A stretch of DNA of 64,000 nucleotides, from assembly GCF_009914755.1 (NCBI RefSeq), contig NC_060936.1. One strand, 5' to 3'. The DNA comes from the human T2T-CHM13v2.0 reference genome, Homo sapiens. Positions 13,692 to 27,182 of this stretch are shown piece by piece. Under the pieces are notes generated by a model, which saw only the letters and a program-made list of their open reading frames with translations, was not told the DNA's origin and ran no database searches. The translations under genes were made by a program, and so were the position numbers. Each line of letters opens with the position of its first letter. Positions within the stretch are counted from its first letter, which is position 1.

Positions 13692-13985
13692 CTGAAAAAA
13701 AAATATTTTAATAAAAACACGGACACAGCTGAGAAGAAAAGACATTTCAATCAAGATATTTTCTTTTTGGCTTTTCTACAGAGGAAAGCAGTTGTAAGGC
13801 ATGACCACTACAGTCTAAGCCGACTCTGGCTCCCAGGCAGTCAATCCAGAGCAATGGGAAGCCCAGCCCAGCAGATGGCAGCAGGGAAAGTTAAGCCCTG
13901 CTTCTGCTCTTGCATGTCCCTATGTTAAAAGTGGGAGTATATCAGGAATTAAACTTAACACCTAGACTGAACCTAACACTCCTAA

Positions 13986-14910
<925 letters not shown>

Positions 14911-15040
14911 TCCTTGCCTACCTAAGAGATGATAACAAAGAAAAACAAGAGATACACACAAAACAATTCAGAGTGGTAGGAGGCAGGGAAAAAAAAATCA
15001 GCAACATGAACCAATAAAGAAATAATAACAAAAATCTTAC

Positions 15041-15111
15041 CAAAAGTGATCCCAAGTTTTGTTGGTCACTAGATTCCCTGTCCAGCTATGAGATATTTCA
15101 TGTGCAATGAC
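15041..15111 (-). CDS. LTA4H: LTA4H exon 10 (VIAHEISH...DHFW), 71 nt
   Basis: tttag|GTC ... TG|gtaaga; HEXXH zinc motif. Confidence 0.98.
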
Positions 15112-15553
15112 CTAAAGAAAACAGTGTGATTAATAGTAAGACTGATTATCTTAACCTAAAATAACCCATTCTACTGTAAACACTCCATGTTATTCAATTT
15201 TTAAAAAATATTAGCTGAGATATTCAGGGAGTTACTCAGTTCAGCAAAATCTTTAATTTAACCAAAGACATACACACACACACAAATATGGCATAAAGTA
15301 ATTAGAAAACAAAAATTACTTAGAAAATATTAAATAGATATATCACTGCATTAAAAATATTTCATAAATATATGAAGAGATCAAACCATAAAATTTCCTT
15401 AAATCTATTACATCTAATTGTTAATAATGTGAGAAGAGTCCCCAAATTGTCCATTATAACCATATCTTTAACATAAAAATACAAGGGATATTTTAAAATC
15501 AGTTGACGTAATACTTCTTGAAGGTAAGGCCATAATGAAAAAGTTTAACTTAC

Positions 15554-15577
15554 ATTGGAGAGTGACTTGTCGCCTGC
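15554..15577 (-). CDS. LTA4H: LTA4H exon 9 microexon (AGDKSLSN), 24 nt
   Basis: tttttttgtag|GCA ... AAT|gtaagt; fills the protein gap exactly. Confidence 0.96.
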
Positions 15578-16265
15578 CTACAAAAAAAGAAAATTACCTT
15601 AGTATTTTAGTAATCGAATTACAGACTATCTAAAAGACTGCCTACCTAAATACTTAGCATACTGGCACTGGTGATCCACTGTATTTCTACTACAGCACTT
15701 CAAAGAAGGTAAAAGAGACCTTAATTGAAAAAACAAAAAAAATACAGAACTAAAAATTAGCATCATTCTTTCTTGCCCTAATTCTAGGGAATTTTTGCAA
15801 TACAATGAAAGCCAGTCTATTTGTGTCTAACTTCCATGAAACATTTCTTCTACTTCCATTTTTATATCTGCTCTTATTTACCCATCACTTTCTTTCTCTC
15901 CTATTACCCAAAATATATTTAATAAAACTTTAGAGTGTCCTATGTGTCCTGTGCTGTATTTTATTTATTTTATTGCTAATCCATCACTCATTTTGGTTCT
16001 AAGAAGAATTTAAAGTAGCTCACAGGCATATTAAACATAGCAGCGTTCTATGGCCCTAATCCTTTCCTGTACATGGTGTACTGATTTTTTTTTTAATTGT
16101 ACCTACACACCAAGTGTAATTGGTATAGTCTGATTGTCTGGATACATAATTTATCAATGAATTGTTGTTACACAGCACCCCCATGCCCAACTCCCCAAAT
16201 ACCGTGAACATAATATTCTCCTTCTCCAAATGGCCTGATTATTTTCCTTTCAAAAACAAGATGGA

Positions 16266-16563
16266 GGCCTGGTGGGGTGGTTCATGCCTGTAATCCCAGC
16301 ACTTTGGGAGGCCAAGGCAGGTGGATCACGAGGTCAGAGGATCGAGACTACCCTGGCCAATATAGTGAAACCCCATCTCTACTAAAATTACAAAAATTAG
16401 CTGGGCATGGTGGTGTGCACCTATAGTCCCAGCTACTCAAGAGGCTGAGGCAGGAGAATCGCTTGAACCCGGGGGCAGAGGTTGCAGTGAGCTGAGATTG
16501 TGCCACTGCACTCCAACCTGGGCAACAGAGCAAGCCTGTGTCTCAAAAAACAACAAAAAAAAA
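16266..16563 (+). mobile_element. AluS
   Basis: Full dimer. Confidence 0.94.
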
Positions 16564-16759
16564 ATGAGATTGTGATAACCACAATAAACAATAAAATTAG
16601 AAACAAAGGTTACACGAACAAGAGAAAAGATTTTTATACATATATACATTATTAGGACTCTAAGGTTCTTTACATATATATACATATTATTAGGACTCCT
16701 AAGGTTCTTAAGTTTATTTTTGAAACGTCAATTTCAAATGAAGAAACATTTACACTTAC

Positions 16760-16900
16760 CAGTAGAGTAGGAGTTACAAAAGTAAGGCAAGGATTCTCCA
16801 TGCCACCATAAGGGAAGGATGGTGGCAGGACCAATAGGTCATACTGTCCCCATACATACGGTCCTCCCAGATCTTCTGCTATTTTAAGCATAGATTCAGT
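16760..16900 (-). CDS. LTA4H: LTA4H exon 8 (TESML...GGMEN...PTLL), 141 nt
   Basis: tttcag|ACT ... CTG|gtaagt; GXMEN exopeptidase motif. Confidence 0.98.
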
Positions 16901-17164
16901 CTGAAAAATCAACATATATATGTCTGTATGCCTTAATTATCACCATTGTACATTTCTTAAAATTGTATATTGCTTTCTATGAAGGTTACAAGTTAATGAT
17001 TTTTATGTTAAATGAAAATGATAAAAAGAATGTAGCAACTACACATCTACATAAAAGACAATCTGGTTCTTTCCCCGTATCACTTAAAACCATCACATTT
17101 CACACTCAAAATCTTCAATCTACTGTCTATCACAATGATTACAAAGGATAACTAAATGACCAAC

Positions 17165-17237
17165 CTCAGAAAACTCATAAGCAGACTTTTCCACCTGCTC
17201 TTTCTCAGACCACACCAAAGTTCTTGGGCCAATTTGC
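17165..17237 (-). CDS. LTA4H: LTA4H exon 7 (QIGPR...EFSE), 73 nt
   Basis: tgcag|G ... GAG|gttggt. Confidence 0.97.
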
Positions 17238-17436
17238 CTGCAAGATTAAAAAGCTTAATAAAAAAGAAATTCATGGCAAATGATTCATCTGGTTCTAAAA
17301 AGTAGTTAATGTCTTGTAGACAAACCTTTACAGTGAGAGTGCATTTACCATGTGCCTATGGGAAAGGGATGAGGTTACATGGCGTGAGCTGCAAACCTGC
17401 TGTTGTATATGCAGCAATAGATATGCAGCTCTCTAA

Positions 17437-18214
<778 letters not shown>

Positions 18215-18269
18215 TAGAACAGGAATGGGTATAAACTTTGTCATGCACTTAAAGGTTGAATACTCTTAT

Positions 18270-18605
18270 ATAAGAAGAAACAAATAGAAAATGAAGGAAA
18301 TCCTGTCAGATGCTATAACGTGGATAAACCTTAAGGGCATTATGACACCTTGAATGAAATAAGCCAGACACAAAGAGATAAAATCATACTGTATGATTCT
18401 ACTTATGTGAGGTATCTAAAGTAATCAAATTCATAGGAACAGAAAATAGAATGGGTGTTACCAAGGACTGGGCGGTGGGGGAAAGAGGAGCTATTGTTTA
18501 ATTGGTGCAGAGTTTCAGTTCTGCAAAATGAAAAATTTCTGAAGATCTGTTTCACAACAATGTGGATATACTTAACACTACTGAACCGCACACTTAAAAA
18601 CAGTT
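18270..18605 (+). mobile_element. L1M (L1MB-like) 3' end
   Basis: tgaaataagccagacacaaa...gagtttcagttctgcaaaatgaaaaatttctgaagat. Confidence 0.85.
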
Positions 18606-19081
18606 AAGTGTGCTTAAAACTAAGAATGAACAAAAAATTAAGAAGGAAGGGCACTTTATTTGTAAAATATTGATAAAATATCTTACATTTCTGTAATATT
18701 TGTAGGCTTCCAAGTTCTTTAATATATTTTATCTCATTTGTTTCACATAACCACCCTATGAGGTAGAAAGTCAGACATTATAATTTCAAGGATAAGGAAA
18801 CAGAGATTGAGAGTGACTTGTTCAAGCTTACATGAGAATCCAGATCTCTAAAGGTAAGAGCATGCTCATTTTACAATACTTGAAAAAATAAGGGGTAACT
18901 GGTCAAGATTTTTAAATGTAAAATTAATTTGTTGCCTACATTTTAGATTTGAATTTTTCTAGAGCTGTCAGCTTGATATCTTGAGAAATATGCAAATGAT
19001 TGACCAATTAACCTTGAGAGAAGTTCAAGATGCCTAAGTTTTGATCTTTCCACAAACCTGAAAATTTTTCCAAAAGCTCAC

Positions 19082-19134
19082 CTGCTTTCTAAAGCTCCAA
19101 CAACTAAAGCAATCAGGTAGCAGGGTATTGGAAC
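19082..19134 (-). CDS. LTA4H: LTA4H exon 6 (VPIPC...LESR), 53 nt
   Basis: tttag|GTT ... AG|gtgagc. Confidence 0.97.
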
Positions 19135-19658
19135 CTAAAGAGGGCAAACAAACGCACACCACGTGCTTGCATTAGTGTTCACAAATGTTACACAGTAAGA
19201 CAATTCATATTTAAAAGTAAGTAAATTCCCTTTCAAATCTCCTAATATTAGTAGGGATAACTTTGCTTTTATACTTCTCAAATAGTTCTCATCTTTAACA
19301 TATAGCTTAAAATTGTGATATAAAACATTGTTCAAAACATCTATTTGCCTTTTATTCTGCTAGGAACAAAAGCTTCTCACACATGAAAAACAAGATCACA
19401 CATACTATTAAAAGGTGCATTTTGAGCATTTCTCAAAAAGTAACCTACAGGAAGCGCATTTCCCATATGTTTGCCTTTTTCCTCCTGACTTTTAAAAGGT
19501 TTTGGTTTTCTTTTTTTATTCCTTTATGTTTCAAAGCACTATTGGCATGTTGTAGAGGCACACAGAGTTACCCGGCAATAAGTAGATGCCAAAGTTATGG
19601 GAGCTTGGAACCACAGAAGCTGCAGTGGAAGTCAAATTATCCATTGTGAGGTCAATTA

Positions 19659-19664
<6 letters not shown>

Positions 19665-19698
<34 letters not shown>
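19665..19698. repeat. (CA)17 microsatellite
   Basis: Direct count. Confidence 0.95.
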
Positions 19699-19703
<5 letters not shown>

Positions 19704-20143
19704 GCATGCATACACATTCTGTTCACTGAAGGTCAAAGATACATGTCTAATGACCAGGACTGTAACTGAGTGCTTTTTTGGTCTTGACTCCTCCATTTGT
19801 AAACACTCTCAACAGCCACTTGCCCACACTGTAGTACCAGGGCAGGTGAATGCGTAAGAACTCAAAAGAACAGGAAGCCAGCCCCTGAACTGGAGTGAGG
19901 GAAAATGAAAACAGGTATGCTCCCTATTCTGTCTCTACAGCAAACCCTCTCTTCAATACAACACTCTGTAAGTAGAACAAAACCCTTTAAAAGCACAAAA
20001 GAAAAAAAAATGAAGAAAACAAAAACCAAAAGCTGTTCTCAAAATTCTGAAATATTTCAAAAGTAATTTTGCCCTCTGGATGTGTACAAGCTAACTGTAG
20101 TTTACCGCCAATGAAAACAAAAATCTAGACCCTAGGATCTTAC

Positions 20144-20248
20144 TTTTTGGATGAATTTGTATATTTTCCTGCTTGGGTCTTCTGGGTCAGGTGTTTCTCC
20201 ATCACGAATAGCACTCATAAGTGCCACCAGTTCTTTAGGGACAGACAC
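20144..20248 (-). CDS. LTA4H: LTA4H exon 5 (VSVPK...FIQK), 105 nt
   Basis: ttag|GTG ... AAA|gtaaga. Confidence 0.97.
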
Positions 20249-20364
20249 CTAATCAAGGAGAAAAATCATTTCTAGTCATAAATAAAAGCTTCTATGTGTC
20301 TTAAACCATATATGTAAAATAACCTTTTCTTCCCATTCTTGACTATCTAATAAACAGACTATGA

Positions 20365-20517
20365 ACACAAAAAGTATATACATATACAAAAAGTATATAT
20401 ATACACACACATATATATGAACACAACGTGTATAGATGTGTATATATATGCACACATATATATGTGTATATATATAAAACACATATACAAAAAGTATATA
20501 TATACACATATACATAT
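20365..20517. repeat. TA/CA-rich low-complexity repeat
   Basis: Three copies of ACAAAAAGTATATA among TATA/CATA runs. Confidence 0.85.
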
Positions 20518-20599
20518 CAGTTTTGTAAATAAAATTAGCAATATGGGAAACTGGCTTCTTTAAAAGTGAATGTGAAATTTCTATCCATTCACCCATGCA

Positions 20600-20790
20600 C
20601 ATTAAGAGCAGAGTTTTGGTAGAAACTGGATTAAAATCCCAGCTCTGCCACCTAATAACTAACTGCACAAACTTGGGCAAATAAATATAACCCCCGAGCC
20701 TCAGTTTCCCCATCAAGTAAGTGTAAAACTTCAAAGGCTTGCTGCAAGGAATAAATAATATAAGTGAAGAGCCCAGCACCATCCCTGGCA
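20600..20790. mobile_element. MIR
   Basis: aatcccagctctgccacc...gagcctcagtttccccatc core. Confidence 0.75.
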
Positions 20791-21379
20791 ATGGCAGCCA
20801 CCATCCCTGCTCCCGCTACACTCACAAAACAGATTCAAAAGGACGTTATATACTCACTGTAGGACAGAATGGTTTTGAACAATTTTGTTTTGAAAACACA
20901 CACTTGGAGTTACAAATAGAGGAACATTTTAAAAGTAGTAACTGTGAAAAACTAAAATTTATTGCTAAAAACTGTCAAATAATTTTCTCTGGAAATCCAT
21001 ACGGAAAAGACCCTTATGCGGCAAACCATATAGTCATTTAACTGTGTATCCTAGCTCCATGATTCTGAAAGTTTGATTTCTGATGAATGCCAGAATAAAG
21101 GACTCCCCCAAGTATTAATGATCAAACAAGAATATATTCCAGTAGGGGCTAGACTTTCATGTTCTTCTTGCATGGCTCAGGACCCAAAGCTGTGACTGAG
21201 GCAGGCACAGAATTAGAAGTTCCTGAACCAGTGCTACAACAATTGTAGATTCTAAAGCACAAAACTATTCAGGAAATAATTCGGTTCAGCCACCTCCCTT
21301 CATTTAGGTGGTGATACGTTATATATATGTGCCAGCTGAGGTTGCGAGGTCATAAAACTTGTTCAAGTGTCACATCATT

Positions 21380-21490
21380 ATTTATTTATTTTTTTAGAAA
21401 TGGGGTCTCGCTATGTCGCCCAGGCTGGCCTTGAACTTCTGAGTTCAAGTGATCTTCCCACCTCAGCCTCCCAAGTAGTTGGGACTTCAC
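21380..21490 (-). mobile_element. Alu monomer (FLAM-like)
   Basis: Partial Alu, reverse complement. Confidence 0.8.
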
Positions 21491-21867
21491 GCAGTTATTA
21501 AGTGGTGGAGAAGAGCCAGAGCCCTGGGATTCTTTGCCTCCAAGTATAATATATCACTGCACTATCCTAGATGTAATTTGGTTGTGGGATGATTTGGGAA
21601 GCAAGAAGGCCCCATAAATATGGGTTGGTCCTCATTCTATTTGCTTGGTCTAAGTAGGTCTAGCCTCCGGGATAGTGATTATTTAGTAATTACAGTCCGC
21701 CTTTTCCAAAAAGGATTAGCAGTACCTACCAAGGGAATAAGTTGGAATTGCATACAGACAAGTCTGGAATATATGCCCACTAGGCTTATATGGCTACAGA
21801 ATGCATTTATAGAAACTTAAATCATGCAAATGTCAATTTTTAAAAGTTAAGTAAAAATTGTTCCTAA

Positions 21868-22228
<361 letters not shown>

Positions 22229-22475
22229 CTGAATTCCTTTTTAAAAGTCAGATTGGTTTCCATTTCCTTTTTTTCACAGTTAAAATGTTTAAAACTGCCT
22301 TTAAAGTAGAGATTCAGAATGAGTGCCACAGCCTCTTTGTTTACATATTTCAGGTAGAATTTCATTAAGAAAAATAATTCTAGCTCTAGGAATTCAATTA
22401 TCATCTCTGCTTATCATTTATACCATATTTACTGATATGCATCATTTAATTGAGTTAATAATTCGTAATATTTAC

Positions 22476-22544
22476 CTCTGCAGTATAGGTTAATTTCACA
22501 GAAGGAGTGTCCTGACAAGGAAGGATTGCTCTGCAGTGGATGGC
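22476..22544 (-). CDS. LTA4H: LTA4H exon 4 (AIHCR...YTAE), 69 nt
   Basis: tttcag|GCC ... GAG|gtaaat. Confidence 0.97.
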
Positions 22545-22644
22545 CTGAAAAAGGGAGAAACAAGAAGAAATAGCTATTTATCTTTCGCATAAGTCATTAA
22601 GAAATCATTAAAAATTGCAGCATTGTTCTTAGACATTAAAATAA

Positions 22645-22964
<320 letters not shown>

Positions 22965-23545
22965 TTTTGGGATCTTTTAAAGTCCAAAAATAGATTCTTG
23001 GACTTTTAAAAATCAGATTTTCCATTTTAATCTATGGTTAACCCTCACATTTCAGTTGAAGCATGGAGAAACTCTTAAGCAGTGTTTCCTACTCTATGGT
23101 CTGGGTGACAGTAGTGCCCAGTGAGAAGCTTTTAGAAACCTGAGAAAAAAGGGCTCTGTAGCAAAACAGACCTGAGAAGTATGGCATACTGCACCACTGT
23201 CTTGCAGAGCCACTAGAATATTAGCCGCCTGAAGGCTCTGAACAGACCTACAATAAAGAAACCTGTTTGATTTCTTACATTTATGTTAACACAAAACCCA
23301 TTTCTCTCTGGTTTAACACCTAATGGGATGTCAGTATTCTAATGAACACAGCCTGAGAAATGTTGCTGTAATCCTGACACTTCAATCTTGCAGCAAACCT
23401 TGTAAGTAAAACAAAGAAGCAAAGAAGGGAGAAAGAACAGTCTCTTTCAATACCATCTAGACATATTCATTCATATCATATGCAAAGTGTTTCTGTACTG
23501 CCACACCAATCGTTATTAACATTGGTTCCATCCAGTATGACCACA

Positions 23546-23840
23546 GGCCAGGTTCCGTGGCTCACTCCTGCAATCCCAGCACTTTGGGAGGCTCAGATGA
23601 GAGGATTGCTTGAGCTCTAGAATTTGAGACCAGCCTGGGCAACATAGTGAGACCTTACCTCTACACAAAAAAAATTAGCTGGGCATGGTGGTGCACACCT
23701 GTAGTCCCAGCTACTCAGGAGGCTGAGGTAAAAGGATCGCTTGAGCCCAGGAGTTCTAGGCTGCAGTGACCCAAGTTCGCACCATTGCACTACAGCCTGG
23801 GCAACACAGCAAGACCCTGTCTCCAAAAAAAAAAAAAAAA
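23546..23840 (+). mobile_element. AluJ
   Basis: Full dimer with A tail. Confidence 0.93.
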
Positions 23841-25440
23841 GAGCACCTACAATCTTATACCCGGTCTGTTTACAAATAAGTCTGTCTACTGCTGGTGAAC
23901 AATGAAATGAAAACCCAGCCTCATTGAGACAGTCTACTAAACTCAAAGGAATTCTGATATTAACACCCTTCTCTGAAGCTATTACAAATCCTAAACATAC
24001 TTCATTCCACCACAAGCTTTCTTAAAACCCCCAAACTCCAGGTCTTTTCATTTCAGTTCTAGAAAATTCTCCAAAGATATAGGCTCCCAAATGACCTCTA
24101 GATGGATTAAGTAGGACTAGCAGAGCCACCTGGTTCTCTCTCCCAAAATAGATTTCCAAGACCATGCCTCTATAGTTCCTTAATGGTTTCTAGTTAGGTG
24201 ACATGGCAACACCAAAGGGGTTTTTAAATGTATTTCATTGGATAAGGCCAAACCCAGGCAAATATGCATACAGAACAACCGTAAGCAAATTCATCAAACA
24301 AAATCATGTCTACATGATTCCTATCACCTCAATCATTTATTAATTTAGCTGAAATCTGTTTCCCATATTCCCACCATTGCTGCCAATAAGAAATGGAATA
24401 ATATATTCAAAATTAACATTTTCATGACTCATAAATCTTGCATTTCTTGCCAACTTTGGTTAATAGACATTCTATTAAGACATACTGCCTGAAAATCAGA
24501 TATTTATGAGATACAGATTGTGCAATTTGTACACTCTTGCGTAGAACATTTCATCTCTTCTAGATTATTAAACTGAGGGTTTCTTAGATTAAAAAGATGT
24601 TTCAAGTGGCCATAGAAAGTAAACAGGTCTGATTCATATGCTAATTCCTTTTTTAAATGGACTTGTATTGAAATTTGAACCTAACACACAGGAATATTGG
24701 GAGGGATGAAACATGTAAAGAATCTAGCACAATGCCTGGAAATAGAGCAAACGTTTAATGAAGTCAGTTCCCTTAATTGTAAATTATTTGATTACTATGA
24801 AAAGTAGGTATTTTTTCTTTCAGAAGACAGTTTGAAATGTATTATCCTTGTGACAGGTTATCTCTAATTGTATGGCTCTTTACCCTTAGTTTTAAAACAG
24901 AAAACAAAAGTAGTTTAAGTCATGCAATTTTAAAGGTACAGTTAATATATTGATATAATACATACTTTTGTAAATGTGTAAGAAAAATATGGAAAAGCTA
25001 CATTCCAAACTCAATGGTGGTTACCTCTGGGCAATGGTGTCTGGAAAAGGTTTGGAAATTAAATCTTTCACTTTCCATTTCTTTACTATTAGCATTTTTC
25101 ATAACCAGTACATATTATTTATTAATTTTTCCTTTCATTTTATGACTATTTACTGAGTACCTACTCTCTGCTAAGTTCTAAGTCAGGCCTAGAGAGTCCA
25201 ATCTAGGTGGACATATTTCCAAACTGAAAGAAGCTTCTTATTTAAAGTAAGGCATGAGTGTATTAATAGTGAAAGATAAAATGAAAATATATAATTCATC
25301 TTATATGTTTCTATAAGATCAATTAATACATTTTATTAGGTAAAACCTACATAATCCATAAAACCACTGTTCATTTTGCTTCATTCAACCATAGGTGCTG
25401 AAATTTTCTGCATCAGAAATCATTCTGGAATCCTTTTTAC

Positions 25441-25561
25441 CTGGCACTGACTAAAGAGATATGGGTGTTCCTTCCCAGAAGTCTGTTCAGGAGTGAGCCA
25501 CTGGAGAGCAGAAGATTTTGGAGAGGTCTCAAAAGAAATTTCTATAACAATTTCTTGATTT
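25441..25561 (-). CDS. LTA4H: LTA4H exon 3 (NQEIV...FSQCQ), 121 nt
   Basis: tacag|A ... CAG|gtaaaa; manual translation. Confidence 0.97.
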
Positions 25562-26199
25562 CTGTATGAAACACATAAATATATTAGTAGAGTATGATTC
25601 CATCTAGTGAAAATTTAAACTCATAATACATACACTGAATAATATAAATAACATAGTATGCATTCTCATCACTGATTGGCAGTAAGCTCTAGGTATGCCA
25701 CATCCTCAGTGGGTAAGTCTCCTCTCAGTTTTCCTACCTAATTGCCAGCCTGTGGGTCCTTTTACCTCTCCCATGCTAACTGCTAGCGAAGGCTTAATGG
25801 CAACTAACAGTGGTTGACTACCCCGTTGTGTGTCACGTACTTTGCATCTGTGATATCATTTAATATTTTATTAGAGTGAAAAAGTAAAAGAAATCATTTT
25901 TGGGGCTTCAACTACCACAGCAGCAGGTGCCACAGCATGACACAGAGCAGTGCTAGTCTGCAAACTGTTACCGGCCCAGGACAAGACAAGACCAGAAGTT
26001 GAGAGTCAGCATTGCAAAACTTTTAGAGTCATTTTTGTCTGTTGAATCTAATAATAAAAAATGTGTGCTTGTATTTCATCTCTTCTTCCTCATATTTCAT
26101 TTTTATTGCATTGTACAAAAGTATCAGTCTATGACAGATTGAAGAGGATAGAAATTGGTCCTTTACCCCAGAGAGTTTGAGAAGCACTGATAATAAGGA

Positions 26200-26640
26200 A
26201 ACAGCAGAGGTTTAGAGACCAGCAGCCCTGCTGGTGTTCGAATCCTGACTCTATCACTTACTGGTACTGTAAACTTGGGGAAATTATTTGACCTCCCTAT
26301 GCCACAGTTTCCTTGTAGAATGGGGTGAATACCATCTACCTCACAAGCTAGACTTAAGTGTTTCCCTTCTCTTAAAGGGAAAGAGAAGGCATGAAAACAC
26401 TGGCCTCTGAACAACTGGGGTAGATCACCCTTGTTCTAGGCCAATAGTTTTCACCCTCTTTCCCCTCAAGAGGTGGCATATACTCCCAGTGTGACAATTC
26501 TGGTTGCCACTTTCTTGAATAAGTTATTTCTCTAAGGTTCCCTTTCCTCATCTTTAAGTGTAGATTATACCAGCAGGGTTACTGTAAGGATTAGATACAA
26601 GAATGCATTTAAAGCACTTATCCCAAGATTGCTGCACTGT
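26200..26640. mobile_element. Two MIR fragments
   Basis: ttcgaatcctgactctatcacttact...; gtaaggattagatacaagaatgcatttaaagcactta. Confidence 0.65.
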
Positions 26641-27051
26641 AACAGTTCTATCTTTGGCATTATCATTGTCCCATTAATAAATGCAGCTGGCCTCTGGGGC
26701 AAGGGCAAGGAGGGTGCAACTTGTAAAGCTGCCCAGGTTATCTTGAAATGCCTTCTTATGATGGCATGCCCCCACCATCACTCTAGATATTAGTAAAAGG
26801 ATGAATCGTTTAGAAACTAACAGTTCCCAAAGTCCTTGTTGTATTATATACAAACAACATTTTTAGTATCTTAAGTATATATAATTTTAACTGCTGTATC
26901 AACTTTAATCTGAACAGAAGATCAGGATAAGTAGTGTACCAATCATTACATATTTACAAACTAAAATTTAAAAAGAAAAAATATTTAAATTAGTTAAGAA
27001 TATGTTTCCCCATTATTTAGCTGTAAAAGAGAAAGATCATAACATTCATAC

Positions 27052-27182
27052 TTGCTCAAAGCGATAGGAAGAGAGATTTCCATTGGCGATCCCTTGTAAC
27101 TTTGTCTTTCTCCAAGAGCATATTTGACTTCTTGTCCATTGATCACTACTTTTTCTATTGTAAGGTCCTTTGTATCCAAAAC
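27052..27182 (-). CDS. LTA4H: LTA4H exon 2 (VLDTKD...IALSK), 131 nt
   Basis: ttttag|GTT ... AA|gtatga; matches ORF 26994..27179. Confidence 0.97.

Noticed and set aside
18588-18613. 10-bp-stem hairpin GCACACTTAA/TTAAGTGTGC
   Set aside because: At the decayed end of an L1M; small and no evidence of function
20276-20791. 171-aa minus-strand ORF
   Set aside because: Made of MIR plus TA/CA low-complexity sequence
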